Shown here: piece after piece, positions 10,664 to 19,130 of the stretch | How the letters are laid out: every line of letters starts with the position of its first letter | Position numbering within the stretch: position 1 is the first letter of the stretch | Source: Candidatus Saccharimonadota bacterium | GTDB lineage: Bacteria; Patescibacteriota; Gracilibacteria; BD1-5; UBA2023 | Direction of reading: 5' to 3' | DNA: 32,000 nt | Assembly: GCA_963706795.1 (NCBI GenBank) | Contig: OY970170.1 | Location: 840,001 to 872,000 of the forward strand | The notes under the pieces: generated by a model | Databases searched by the model: none | Told to the model about the DNA's origin: nothing | What the model saw: the letters and a program-made list of their open reading frames with translations, nothing else | Made by a program: the position numbers and the translations under genes

Positions 10664-10725
10664 AATAGGCGTTTAATAGGCGTTTGAGAGGCTGGTGAAA
10701 AGACATCTCCAAAATATCTCCAAAA
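10664..10725. repeat. two short tandem direct repeats in the divergent intergenic region
   Basis: AATAGGCGTTT x2 (10664-10685). ATCTCCAAAA x2 separated by 1 nt (10705-10725). Confidence 0.7.
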
Positions 10726-10990
10726 CAACTCTATTTAAAAAAGACAGTGTCCTCTCAAATTCAACTGTCTTTTTCACGTGCCTTGGGTATATTTCCCTTG
10801 CCAGATTAACGATTTACGGAGTTTTATATCCCACGCACGATAGAGGGTAGATAGGCGGCTTGTATTCGCTTTCCGCTTTGTCCTTTATCGGGATTTCGTG
10901 GATCGTTAGTCTGGCGACTTATGAATACAAGTCGCCTTTTTATGTGCCTAACGTACGAGGCGATACCCAATTCTTAGCTATTTGCTTCAT

Positions 10991-11515
10991 ATGAACACAG
11001 AAATCACATTAAAACAAGCCATCATAGGGATGTTTGTCACCTTCGTCATCCTTGGAATAGCGGTGTTTAGCCTGACTCCTGACTATGTACCCTTGGATGA
11101 AATAACGCACAAATCATTTGATGCGACAAAACATTTAGCTGATATCGATTTTGCCGCGAAAACTGCAATAGAAATTTGTAATGTTGCCGCGAGCAAGAAA
11201 GAGAAATCAAAATGTCTTGTTGATGCAACGACTTTAAAAGAAAGAATGATGCCGGATCATAACGCAAGAAAGGAGACAGATGATATCATTACAACAAATT
11301 TCCAAGCTCTGGTAACTGAATGTAGAAATGGAGTGACTGGGAAAACCTGACACAGCGGATTTGCTTTTAAGAATGGTGAAATATGGTGAGGTGTTGATCG
11401 TCTAATTCATATAAGAGCTAATGTGGTAATATCCTGAGAGTCCACACGGTATACGTGCACTTGGAATGCAAAAAACCCTAACAATGTCTTTCTTGCGAGT
11501 GTAATTCAGTACTAA
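10991..11515 (+). CDS. membrane-anchored hypothetical protein, 174 aa
   Basis: ATG 10991 with an N-terminal TM segment (AIIGMFVTFVILGIAVFSL). Track ORF 10982..11350 continues in frame through 3 TGAs to TAA 11513-11515. Confidence 0.55.
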
Positions 11516-11556
11516 ACCTCCGCAAATAGCCGTATTCTTTATCTACCTTACACACT

Positions 11557-11730
11557 ATGGAATTATTTATCGTTTTCTTCGCAATTTATCTTGCTCCGTC
11601 CTTCGTTGTTATATTCAACCACAAGAAGCTTAATAAATGACCTGTGGTCATTGTAAATGTCTTTCTTGGGTGGACATTCGTTGGCTGGGTAGTTGCCCTC
11701 GCTATGGCGGCTTCAAATGATAAAGAGTAG
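11557..11730 (+). CDS. superinfection-immunity-like small membrane protein, 57 aa
   Basis: MELFIVFFAIYLAPSFVVIFNHKKLNK[G]PVVIVNVFLGWTFVGWVVALAMAA matches the Imm_superinfect pattern I recall (YxxPS...N..LGWT..GW..AL). One in-frame TGA. TAG stop. Confidence 0.65.
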
Positions 11731-11804
11731 TGCAAATGAGGGGAATTTTTCTGGAGAAACTTTTTGTTTTATGGCATACTGGAAAAATGTATGTCCTTGC
11801 ACGT

Positions 11805-11830
11805 AAAACCCTTGGATATCCAAGGGTTTT
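11805..11830 (+). terminator. intrinsic terminator hairpin
   Basis: AAAACCCTTGG-ATAT-CCAAGGGTTTT, between the immunity-like gene and the recombinase start. Confidence 0.6.
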
Positions 11831-11850
11831 AATCTTTTAATCTTCAAACT

Positions 11851-13737
11851 ATGGTGAATTCAAAAAAGTTTTCACAAACTACTCAAACTCCAATCTTTGC
11901 CTACCTTCGTAGGAGTACAAAAAAGGCTGAGCAGGAAAACTCTCTCATTCAGCAAGAAGATGGTATTCAAAGCCTCATCAGAAGGTTGGGTCTTGATGCT
12001 GATTCTGTGCGCTATTTTGCTGAAAGCCGGAGCGGATTTGAGAATAAGAAACGTCCAGAATGGACGGCGATGATGAGCGAGATTGATAAACTTGAAACAC
12101 CGTGCGTACTATTAGCACGTGATATTTCTCGTCTTTCTCGCAATCCTACGGATTCTCAGAAGATAATGGATCGACTCTATGGGGATAACAAGAAAAGACG
12201 GGTAATCGAGAAAATGTATTGTCTCGATTATGAAAATGTCAAAGAGTGGAATAAGGGTACAGATAAAGAAGAGGTGCACAGGGCTCTTTCTGCAAGCTAC
12301 TATGACAGCTTGGAGACTCGCAGGAAATCTATAGGTGGAATCCTTTTGCGACTAGAAGACGACCAGTTTCCATATGCCGCTCCAAAGGGACTTGATAAAA
12401 TCTCTCATCTCTGAAAAACCATTCTGAAACAGAATGAAAAAATGCCAATCGTCAGAAGAGCATTTGAAATGAAGACGGAGGGAAAGAGTCATAAAGAGAT
12501 ATCCAAATATCTTAAACAGTATGGGGATATCCGTATTTGAGATAGGACGTTAACGGATAGGTTATTCACCTACGAAGTTTATATTGGTAAATATACCGAG
12601 AAAAATACTGGAAAGCGCGTCACGAGCTTGGCATTTTTCGAAGGAAGACCACCCATTTCTCCTGAGTTATGGGATAGGGTACAAAAATGCTTAGGGAAGA
12701 AGAATTCTCAGTATTGAGAGGGGCAAAAAGATGATGTTATTGCTGAAAAGCTGAGAACTGAAAGTGGTAAGCGTATGTCTAAGTATTTCGCTAAGTGAAA
12801 GTATGCCCAGTACAAGAACACGATGGAGAAAATACACATAGCGGAAAAGGAAATCTTGAATCATTTTCAAAATACGCTTATTGAATTCCTTAATGATGCT
12901 TGGAAAAGGAATAGAAAGAAGGTGCGACGAAATATCAAATCCAGCTTCGAGTCATTATGTTTGGAAGAGGGATTGAAAGTTGTAGATAAGCCTGAGTGGA
13001 TAGCTTTCTTTCGTGAAGAGATTGAAATTAAATCGTCTTCACATTTGGAAAAACTCATAATATTGATTTGAAAAAATTCCTTGGAACGAAAGACAAAGAA
13101 TGATCCCTATCCCACCAAAGAAGAGTGTCTTGAGGCATCTAATAGCCTATGAATTGATCTGTGAGGAAGGGGACTCAAAGAGTACATCGAATATGAAGTA
13201 TGAAAAAGGCATATTGATGAGTTTGTGAACGCGGTAAAGAAAGAATTCAAGGAAAAAACCAAGGATTCTCGCAATATAATCGAGGATCAGTTGGTGGAAT
13301 TGCGCAAAAGAAAGGTTGGACTTGAAGAAGAAAGGAAGAGTTATAGAAAGAAAGCCCCAATAATGGGCTATTCGTTTGAAGAAATTAAAGAGACTACCGA
13401 AGAATACGATACCAATATTTCCCTGCTTGATTCAGAGATAGCAGAAGTGTCGCAGTCTACCCATATGGATAAATACTTAGAGCGGATTCCAGAAATATTG
13501 TGTTCGACTTTCGAACTCGCCAATTCTACCCTTACGGAAGCGGAGAAAGGTGAAAAGAAGGAAAATTTACTGAAGCTACTGGAATTAACCACTTTCGAAC
13601 TCACTGTAAACGACAAAAAAGAGCTTAAAGTAAAGCTCTTTGATGTACTAGATAGGCTAGTTTCCGATGATAAGTCACTATTGGAGGCACCACCCGGAGT
13701 CGAACCGGGCTACGGAGCTTTGCAGGCCCCTGCATAA
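11851..13737 (+). CDS. large serine recombinase (integrase), 628 aa
   Basis: N-terminal resolvase catalytic motifs are present (FAYLRRSTKKAEQENSLIQQ and DISRLSRN). A recombinase-domain region follows (PIVRRAFEMKTEGKSHKEISKYL.., ISPELWDRVQ), then a long coiled-coil-like Glu/Lys-rich C-terminus. Track ORFs 11851..12414, 12823..13071 and 13225..13737 share one frame joined by 8 TGAs. TAA stop at 13735-13737. Confidence 0.85.
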
Positions 13738-13755
13738 CCGATCTGCCATGGCGCC
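13682..13755 (-). tRNA. tRNA-Cys: tRNA-Cys (anticodon GCA), 74 nt, CCA encoded
   Basis: GGCGCCA-UG-GCA..UGC-A-GGGGC-CUGCAAA-GCUCC-GUAG-CCCGG-UUCGACU-CCGGG-UGGUGCC-U-CCA. Manual cloverleaf gives a 7-bp acceptor (one G.U), a 5-bp anticodon stem, a 5-bp T stem and a canonical UUCGA T-loop. Confidence 0.9.
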
Positions 13756-13832
13756 ATGGACTTGCTTGGGTGCTCAGGTAAAACTGAGCTGGCACATTAT
13801 AAGTGAAACGATGCAAATGCAAGTCAGGCCAC

Positions 13833-13880
13833 AAAAAATCCCCATCCTTCGCTCTTGCGAGCTTCGGAGGGGGATTTTTT
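13833..13880 (-). terminator. intrinsic terminator containing a conserved 26-nt core shared with 26401..26442
   Basis: AAAAAATCCCCATCCTTCGCTCTTGCGAGCTTCGGAGGGGGATTTTTT. On the minus strand (the transcript of the 13883..14437 gene) it forms a hairpin with a GCAA tetraloop followed by a U-run. Confidence 0.65.
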
Positions 13881-13882
13881 GA

Positions 13883-14437
13883 TTACTTCACGCAGGTAAA
13901 TGTTTTGAAAATTGCTTCGTATTTGGCAGTGTCCGGTGTTGAGTTGGCGAGACCGATGGTCATGAGGTAGACATCTTTGCCACAGAGCTTGGCAGTCTGG
14001 AGGAATTTTTGCTTCGGAGTCGCTTCCGAATATTGCGCCTCAAATGTCGTTATGAGCCCTTCGTCGTTATCTGCGTAACTAAACGTCGAATCATCAAGCT
14101 TGGTATACGCCTTGTAATTGCCGGTCGTAAGCGCGCTGTTGATGACCGCATATTTGCGAGAAGTCATGAGTGGGTCAGCATTTGATGCGAGTGTATCCTT
14201 GAGGATGTGGAGATTGTTCGCAAATCCACTACTTATATCAGAGGAGGTGAGGGCGAGCACAACAGAGCCGTTTTTTGGCTTTGGAAGTTGCGCGTCATCG
14301 ACCTTTGTCCAGGTTTTTGGGACTTCGATACTAAATCCTTTTCCCTCGAATTTTGAGAGATTTACATTGCTGGTGTCACTGCTTCCGCAAGAGACGAGGA
14401 GGAGCGCGAGGCTCGAGAGGAGGAGAATCTTTTTCAT
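13883..14437 (-). CDS. lipoprotein, 184 aa
   Basis: MKKILLLSSLALLLVS-C lipobox start at 14437. The longer track ORF start (14692) would overlap the upstream gene. TAA stop. Confidence 0.7.
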   Translation of the reverse strand: MKKILLLSSLALLLVSCGSSDTSNVNLSKFEGKGFSIEVPKTWTKVDDAQLPKPKNGSVVLALTSSDISSGFANNLHILKDTLASNADPLMTSRKYAVINSALTTGNYKAYTKLDDSTFSYADNDEGLITTFEAQYSEATPKQKFLQTAKLCGKDVYLMTIGLANSTPDTAKYEAIFKTFTCVK

Positions 14438-14439
14438 AT

Positions 14440-14796
14440 TTAACCTAAAAAACCAAATGAATGAGCGACAGCAGCCACAAAGATGAGACTGATGAGTAGA
14501 AGTACGATAAAGCGGAATTTTGCGGCTCCTTCTCCCGAAGTGGCGAGTCCGTAGGCAATGAGAGAATAGAGAAGCGTGCTGACTGCAAAATAAAATGCGA
14601 GCTTGCTGGCTCTCGCAAGTGGCGTACTGAGATTGGTATACAGTCCGCCAGCAGCGATCAGTGAGAGTGAAAAATAGAGCGCGGATACCCATGCAAAAAA
14701 CCTCTTTGCGATGAGAAGTCTCCTGCCGGTGAGGGCAAGATCCGATCCAGACACAGAGTTCTGTTTTGTTGTAAGAGTCTCGTTGCTTTTTTCCAT
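14440..14796 (-). CDS. small integral membrane protein, 118 aa
   Basis: Start MEKSNETL at 14796; 3 predicted TM segments; TAA stop 2 nt before the lipoprotein start. The longer track start would overlap gatC. Confidence 0.6.
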   Translation of the reverse strand: MEKSNETLTTKQNSVSGSDLALTGRRLLIAKRFFAWVSALYFSLSLIAAGGLYTNLSTPLARASKLAFYFAVSTLLYSLIAYGLATSGEGAAKFRFIVLLLISLIFVAAVAHSFGFLG

Positions 14797-14842
14797 GAAA
14801 TCTCTATGCTGAATGCATTCTAAAGCTTGATTATAGGAAGAA

Positions 14843-15136
14843 ATGGCCCTCACACAAGATCAAATCAAACACATTGCGAAGCTTTCACGCCTCGCGCTCA
14901 CAGACGAGCAACTCGAGCACTATCGTGGCAATCTCGACTCAATTGTTGAGTACATGGATATCCTTAAGAGTGTTCCAGCTGAGAAGCTTGCGGGACTCGA
15001 GACTTCAGGTCTTGAGCTTTTGCCGATGCGCGCTGACGAAGTACATGCTTCGGAGATTTCACGTGAAAAGCTCCTTGCGGTTTCTGCTCAAAAAAAGATT
15101 GCAGGTGCTATAGCTCTGCCAAATATCATGGGCTAG
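14843..15136 (+). CDS. gatC: Asp/Glu-tRNA(Asn/Gln) amidotransferase subunit C
   Basis: 97 aa. IKHIAKLSRLALTDEQLEHYRGNLDSIVEYMDIL..LPMRADEV is the typical GatC pattern. TAG stop. Confidence 0.85.
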   Translation: MALTQDQIKHIAKLSRLALTDEQLEHYRGNLDSIVEYMDILKSVPAEKLAGLETSGLELLPMRADEVHASEISREKLLAVSAQKKIAGAIALPNIMG

Positions 15137-15137
15137 C

Positions 15138-16238
15138 ATGCTCAGACAAACGACCCTCTATCGATTTAAGAATCATAGCGAACTCGGGCTTTCTGTCTCT
15201 CCGAGACTCATTATCAGTGGTGGTAACGGAGTAGGGAAGACCAATATCCTCGAGGCGATATATACTTCTATTAATGCGAATCCTCCTCAGGGGAGGACTT
15301 TTTTTGATCTTATTCAGGATGGGGAAGGTGCAGCATTTGTGCGCTCAGTGATTGAGAATACATCTGATTTGGCGCCCGAATATACGATCGCTTTTTCGGC
15401 GGATACTCGCAAGATGCAATGTCTCTTGCAGGGTTCAGTACTCTCACGTCCAAAATACCTCGCATCTCATGGACTGCGGGCTATGCTTTTTTTGCCAATA
15501 GAGATGAATCTCCTCTATTTGGGACCTTCACTGAGACGGGATTTTATTGATGAGACACTGCTTTTGGCATATGAGCCATTTACTAAGCTCAAGCGTGAAT
15601 ACTCACAGGTGCTTCGCTCAAGGAATGCTCTGCTCAAGCGTATCGCCGAATGAAAAACACCCGCGTCAGATCTCGATGCATGGGATCTCATATTTGCCGA
15701 AAAGGCTGCGCGCTATCTCGAATATCGATATTCTTTTATCGAGTTTCTTGAATCCAAGATCGACTTTATTGCAGAGATCGTGGGCGCAAAATACAAACTC
15801 CGACTCATCTACGAATCTAAAGCTGACCGCAAAAATCTGCTTGAGAGCATCAAAACTTACAATCGTGATCATCGCGAAAAAGACATCCTCGTAGGTCATA
15901 CTTGTATCGGTCCACATCTCGATGATCTCTCTTTTGAGGTCCAAACCCGACATGGATATATGCGAACAGAGTCTTTTTTGTCTCGTGGCGAAAATAAATC
16001 GATCCTTTTAGCGATCAAATTGCTCTCAATAGAATTTCTCGAATCTTCCTCAAATACACAGACGCTGTTACTGCTCGACGACATTGCCTCAGAGCTCGAC
16101 GAAGTGCATCTACAAAAGCTTTTTGATTACTTCGGTGATCGACCGTACATCCTCACGGGTCACACGGTTCCGGAGAGCATCAGGGCGAGAGAATGAACTG
16201 TAAATATGTATTTGAACGAAAACAGTAATTTTGTCTAG
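15138..16238 (+). CDS. recF: DNA replication/repair protein RecF, 366 aa
   Basis: Walker A region GGNGVGKTNILEAIY and signature region LSRGENKSILLAIKL..LLLLDDIASELD. Track ORFs 15138..15653 and 15780..16196 share a frame joined by TGA 15651-15653. TGA at 16194 is also read through, to TAG 16236-16238. Confidence 0.85.
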
Positions 16239-16310
16239 AGTAATTCCTTGGGCGGGCTCGTACTTTCTAGTAATATGGCCAAAATCATCATACATTCCTT
16301 ACTAATACAC

Positions 16311-17990
16311 ATGAAACGATTGTTTGCAATCCTTGCTACCCTCACACTTGTAGCGAATTCGACGGGAGCACTCTATGCAGCAGATGCGGTTTCGGCTACA
16401 GATACAGACCATCTTGAGGTCACTGCGGTTGCAACAACCAATGTTGGAGAAGCTATCGACCTCACAGTCAAGGCAGTTGCCAAGGACGGATCAGTCGTAA
16501 AGGGCTACCTCGGAACAGTCTTTGTAATTGTCGACAATGACAACAAGGCAAAGGTTCCATACTCTGAAGGCTACACATTTACTGCTGCTGATCAGGGTCA
16601 GAAGACCTTCTCAAAGGGGCTCTCATTTACAAAGGAAGGAACATTTAAGGTAGTAGTTTCGGACTTTGATAAGCCAAAGATCGAAGGAAATGCAAAAGTG
16701 AAGGTTGGCGCAGGAGATGCACCAGCGGCAACAAGCAGTGGAGAACTCGTAACAATTACTTCTCCAGATGCTGGATCAACTGTTGGTAGCAAAGATCTCT
16801 CAGTAACTGGAACTACTAAAAAGAACTCAAAAGTACAGCTCTTCCTCAATGGAGCAAAGGCACTCGAGACACAGACAGATGATAAGGGAAGCTTTGTATT
16901 CCAGCTCAAGAATGTGGATCAGACAGACAATATTCTCTCAGTAAAAGTCCTCGATGGATCTGACAAAGTTATTGGTGAATCCGCTAAAACAAGTGTAAAG
17001 GTTGGATCAGAAGGACCAGCATTTACATCTATTACACTTACTGGCGGAGCTCTCAAGGATGCAACTGCTAAGGATACATATACTGCCGCTCCAGGTGCAA
17101 AGATTAAGGTATCCGTTGCCGCAGAAATCGGTCTCAAGGAAGTAACGGTTGCTATCGGTGAAACGGTAGAAGTCCTCAAGGAAGGTCTTCCTGGTACATA
17201 TGATGGTGAAATCAGTGCTCCAATGACTCCAGGAGTATCGCCACTCGATGTAAATCTCAAGAATTCTCTCGGAAAATCTACTCTCAAGTCTGCAGCCGCT
17301 AATGTAAATGTACAAGCTCTCGCTGTTGCATTTAAAAACGTTAAGGTTGAAAAGGGTGACAAGAAGGCAACATTTACATTCGATGTAGAAAATGAGCCAG
17401 CAGAAGTTGCAAAATTCCAATTCGACTATGCAACTGCTTCGGGTGCTGCGCAAAAGTCAGTAACCTTTGATAAGGCAAAGATCAAGACAGCAAGTGGTTC
17501 ATATAGCTGGTATGTTACAGGGCTTGATATTGCGAAATATGATTTCCAGATCTCTGGGATAGACGCAACTGGCAAGATCCTCACTGGAGCAACTTCTGAA
17601 TCTATTGAGGTTGATATGACTCTCGGATCAGCTCAGAGATGTATGATCTCAAACGTGAGTGGTATGAAGGTATCAACTGCTAAGGATGCAAGTACTCTCA
17701 GCTGGACATCAATTCCTGAGGCTATTGCTTACAACGTCTATAAAAAGGACGCAACTGGTCAGCTCGTATTTATCGAAGCGGTAAAGGCAAACAACTATGT
17801 TGTAAATCTCGCAGCTGGACCAGTTAAATATGATGACTTCGCAGTAAAGGCAGTATGTGCCGATGCTTCAGAGTCTAAGGACTTCTCGCCAACAACTCGT
17901 GTAAAAACGGGGCCTGCGCAGATATTCCTCATGCTCGCGCTCTCACTCGGTCTTGGATTTATCTTTATCCGCCGCAAGAAGCTCATCTAG
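16311..17990 (+). CDS. secreted cell-surface protein with Ig-like repeats and a C-terminal VKTGP + TM + basic-tail anchor, 559 aa
   Basis: Signal peptide MKRLFAILATLTLVANSTGALYA. The sequence is beta-rich and repeat-like throughout. C-terminus is ..TRVKTGPAQIFLMLALSLGLGFIFIRRKKLI. TAG stop, no in-frame TGA. Confidence 0.75.
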   Translation: MKRLFAILATLTLVANSTGALYAADAVSATDTDHLEVTAVATTNVGEAIDLTVKAVAKDGSVVKGYLGTVFVIVDNDNKAKVPYSEGYTFTAADQGQKTFSKGLSFTKEGTFKVVVSDFDKPKIEGNAKVKVGAGDAPAATSSGELVTITSPDAGSTVGSKDLSVTGTTKKNSKVQLFLNGAKALETQTDDKGSFVFQLKNVDQTDNILSVKVLDGSDKVIGESAKTSVKVGSEGPAFTSITLTGGALKDATAKDTYTAAPGAKIKVSVAAEIGLKEVTVAIGETVEVLKEGLPGTYDGEISAPMTPGVSPLDVNLKNSLGKSTLKSAAANVNVQALAVAFKNVKVEKGDKKATFTFDVENEPAEVAKFQFDYATASGAAQKSVTFDKAKIKTASGSYSWYVTGLDIAKYDFQISGIDATGKILTGATSESIEVDMTLGSAQRCMISNVSGMKVSTAKDASTLSWTSIPEAIAYNVYKKDATGQLVFIEAVKANNYVVNLAAGPVKYDDFAVKAVCADASESKDFSPTTRVKTGPAQIFLMLALSLGLGFIFIRRKKLI

Positions 17991-17998
17991 TAGATAAT

Positions 17999-18030
17999 AA
18001 ATGCTCCGAGAATTCGGAGCATTTATTTTT
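17999..18030 (+). terminator. intrinsic terminator
   Basis: AATGCTCCGA-GAAT-TCGGAGCATT followed by TATTTTTT. Confidence 0.65.
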
Positions 18031-18185
18031 TGATATCTGTTCGATGTTTGAGCCATGCACGAAGATATCGGTGGACGCATACGATAAAGTCCGTATTTTC
18101 TGATTTGACTCTCGCATCCTTTTTTATAGAATGCACAAGCTTTTTTAAAAGACGCATTTTCGTGTCTTTTTCTTATCCCACTTTC

Positions 18186-18614
18186 ATGCCAGTAACTCAG
18201 TCTGCAAAGAAAGCTCATCGTCAGAGCCTTACTAAGCGATCACGCAATCGTCACTTCACTGCGCTTTACCGCGAAGTTCTCAAGAAATATGAGAAGGCTC
18301 TTGCCGGAAAGATCGATGACGCAGCAGCTATCCTCCACGAGGTATATTCTGCAATCGACACTCTTGTAAAAAAGAATGTTCTCCACAAAAACAACGGTGC
18401 CCGCAAAAAGAGTCAGGCTGCAAAGCTTCTCGCTCGTAGTGGTGTTGCCTCTACTTCAGCTCCAGTTGCCAAGAAGGCTGCTCCAGCAAAAAAAGCTGCT
18501 GCTCCAAAGGTAAAGGCTGAAACTGCCGAAGCTCCTGCAAAGAAGCCTGCTGCCAAGAAGGCTCCAGCTGCTAAAAAGGAAGCGAAGCCAGCTTCTCCTA
18601 AGAAGACGAAATAA
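18186..18614 (+). CDS. rpsT: 30S ribosomal protein S20 with an Ala/Lys/Pro-rich C-terminal extension, 142 aa
   Basis: MPVTQSAKKAHRQSLTKRSRNRH...HKNNGARKKSQ is the S20 pattern. About 55 extra residues follow, of the type APAKKAAAPKVKAETAEAPAKKPAAKKAPAAKKEAKPASPKKTK. Confidence 0.85.
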   Translation: MPVTQSAKKAHRQSLTKRSRNRHFTALYREVLKKYEKALAGKIDDAAAILHEVYSAIDTLVKKNVLHKNNGARKKSQAAKLLARSGVASTSAPVAKKAAPAKKAAAPKVKAETAEAPAKKPAAKKAPAAKKEAKPASPKKTK

Positions 18615-19129
18615 TGGCAGGAAAAGGCAAGCGCATCAACGCTGAAATTAAAGTAGCGGAAGTCGCCGTCATTTCTGATTCAGGAGAGTCGCTCTGAACA
18701 ATCCCCACAGAAGTTGCCCTCGAAAAGGCAGCCGAAATGGAAATGGATCTCGTCGAGATCGGTATTCAGAACGGAGTGGTTCTCGCGAAGATTATGGATT
18801 ATGGGAAATTTCTCTTCAAACAGCAGAAAAATCTCGCCCATGGTCGCCAGTCTTCCAAGAAAGCAGACGTAAAGACGCTCAAGATCACATACAAGATCGG
18901 TGATCATGATCTCGATATTCGCCGAACGCAGGCAAAGAAATTTGCAGCACTTGGCCATCCACTCAAGATCATGCTTACTCTCCGTGGTCGAGAAAATCAA
19001 TACGCAGCTCTTGCACAAGCAAAGATGAAGGAATTCATCGGTTCACTTGGTGAGTTCTACAAGACAGACGCGATTCAGGTATCAAAAACAGGAAACAACT
19101 TTTCTACACTCATTTATCCGAAAAAGTAA
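18614..19129 (+). CDS. infC: translation initiation factor IF-3, 171 aa
   Basis: RINAEIKVAEVAVISDSGESL[G]..MDLVEIG..AKIMDYGKFLFKQQK..KTLKITYKIGDHDLDIRRTQAKKF. The ATG overlaps the rpsT stop (TAATG). One in-frame TGA at 18695-18697. Confidence 0.9.
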
Positions 19130-19130
19130 C

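Larger units (their letters stand above)
8040..13737. mobile_element. putative integrated element (prophage remnant or integrative island) abutting tRNA-Cys; left boundary not defined
   Basis: A large serine recombinase gene sits at the right end and reads into the tRNA-Cys 3' half. Cargo is a superinfection-immunity-like microprotein plus orphan membrane proteins. The region is AT-richer by eye than the core genes to the right. No att repeats found. Confidence 0.45.

Noticed and set aside
16598-17453. Minus-strand ORFs of 103-148 aa inside the surface-protein gene. Similar cases are 25025..25961 inside hisS and 23685..24292 / 24484..24876 inside htrA.
   Set aside because: They are antisense to genes with clear family motifs, and their compositions are typical of reverse-frame artefacts.
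18612-18616. TAATG stop/start overlaps (rpsT-infC at 18612-18616 and PAP2-dedA at 21624-21628), considered as a special feature.
   Set aside because: This is ordinary translational coupling in compact operons. It is noted in the feature evidence only.
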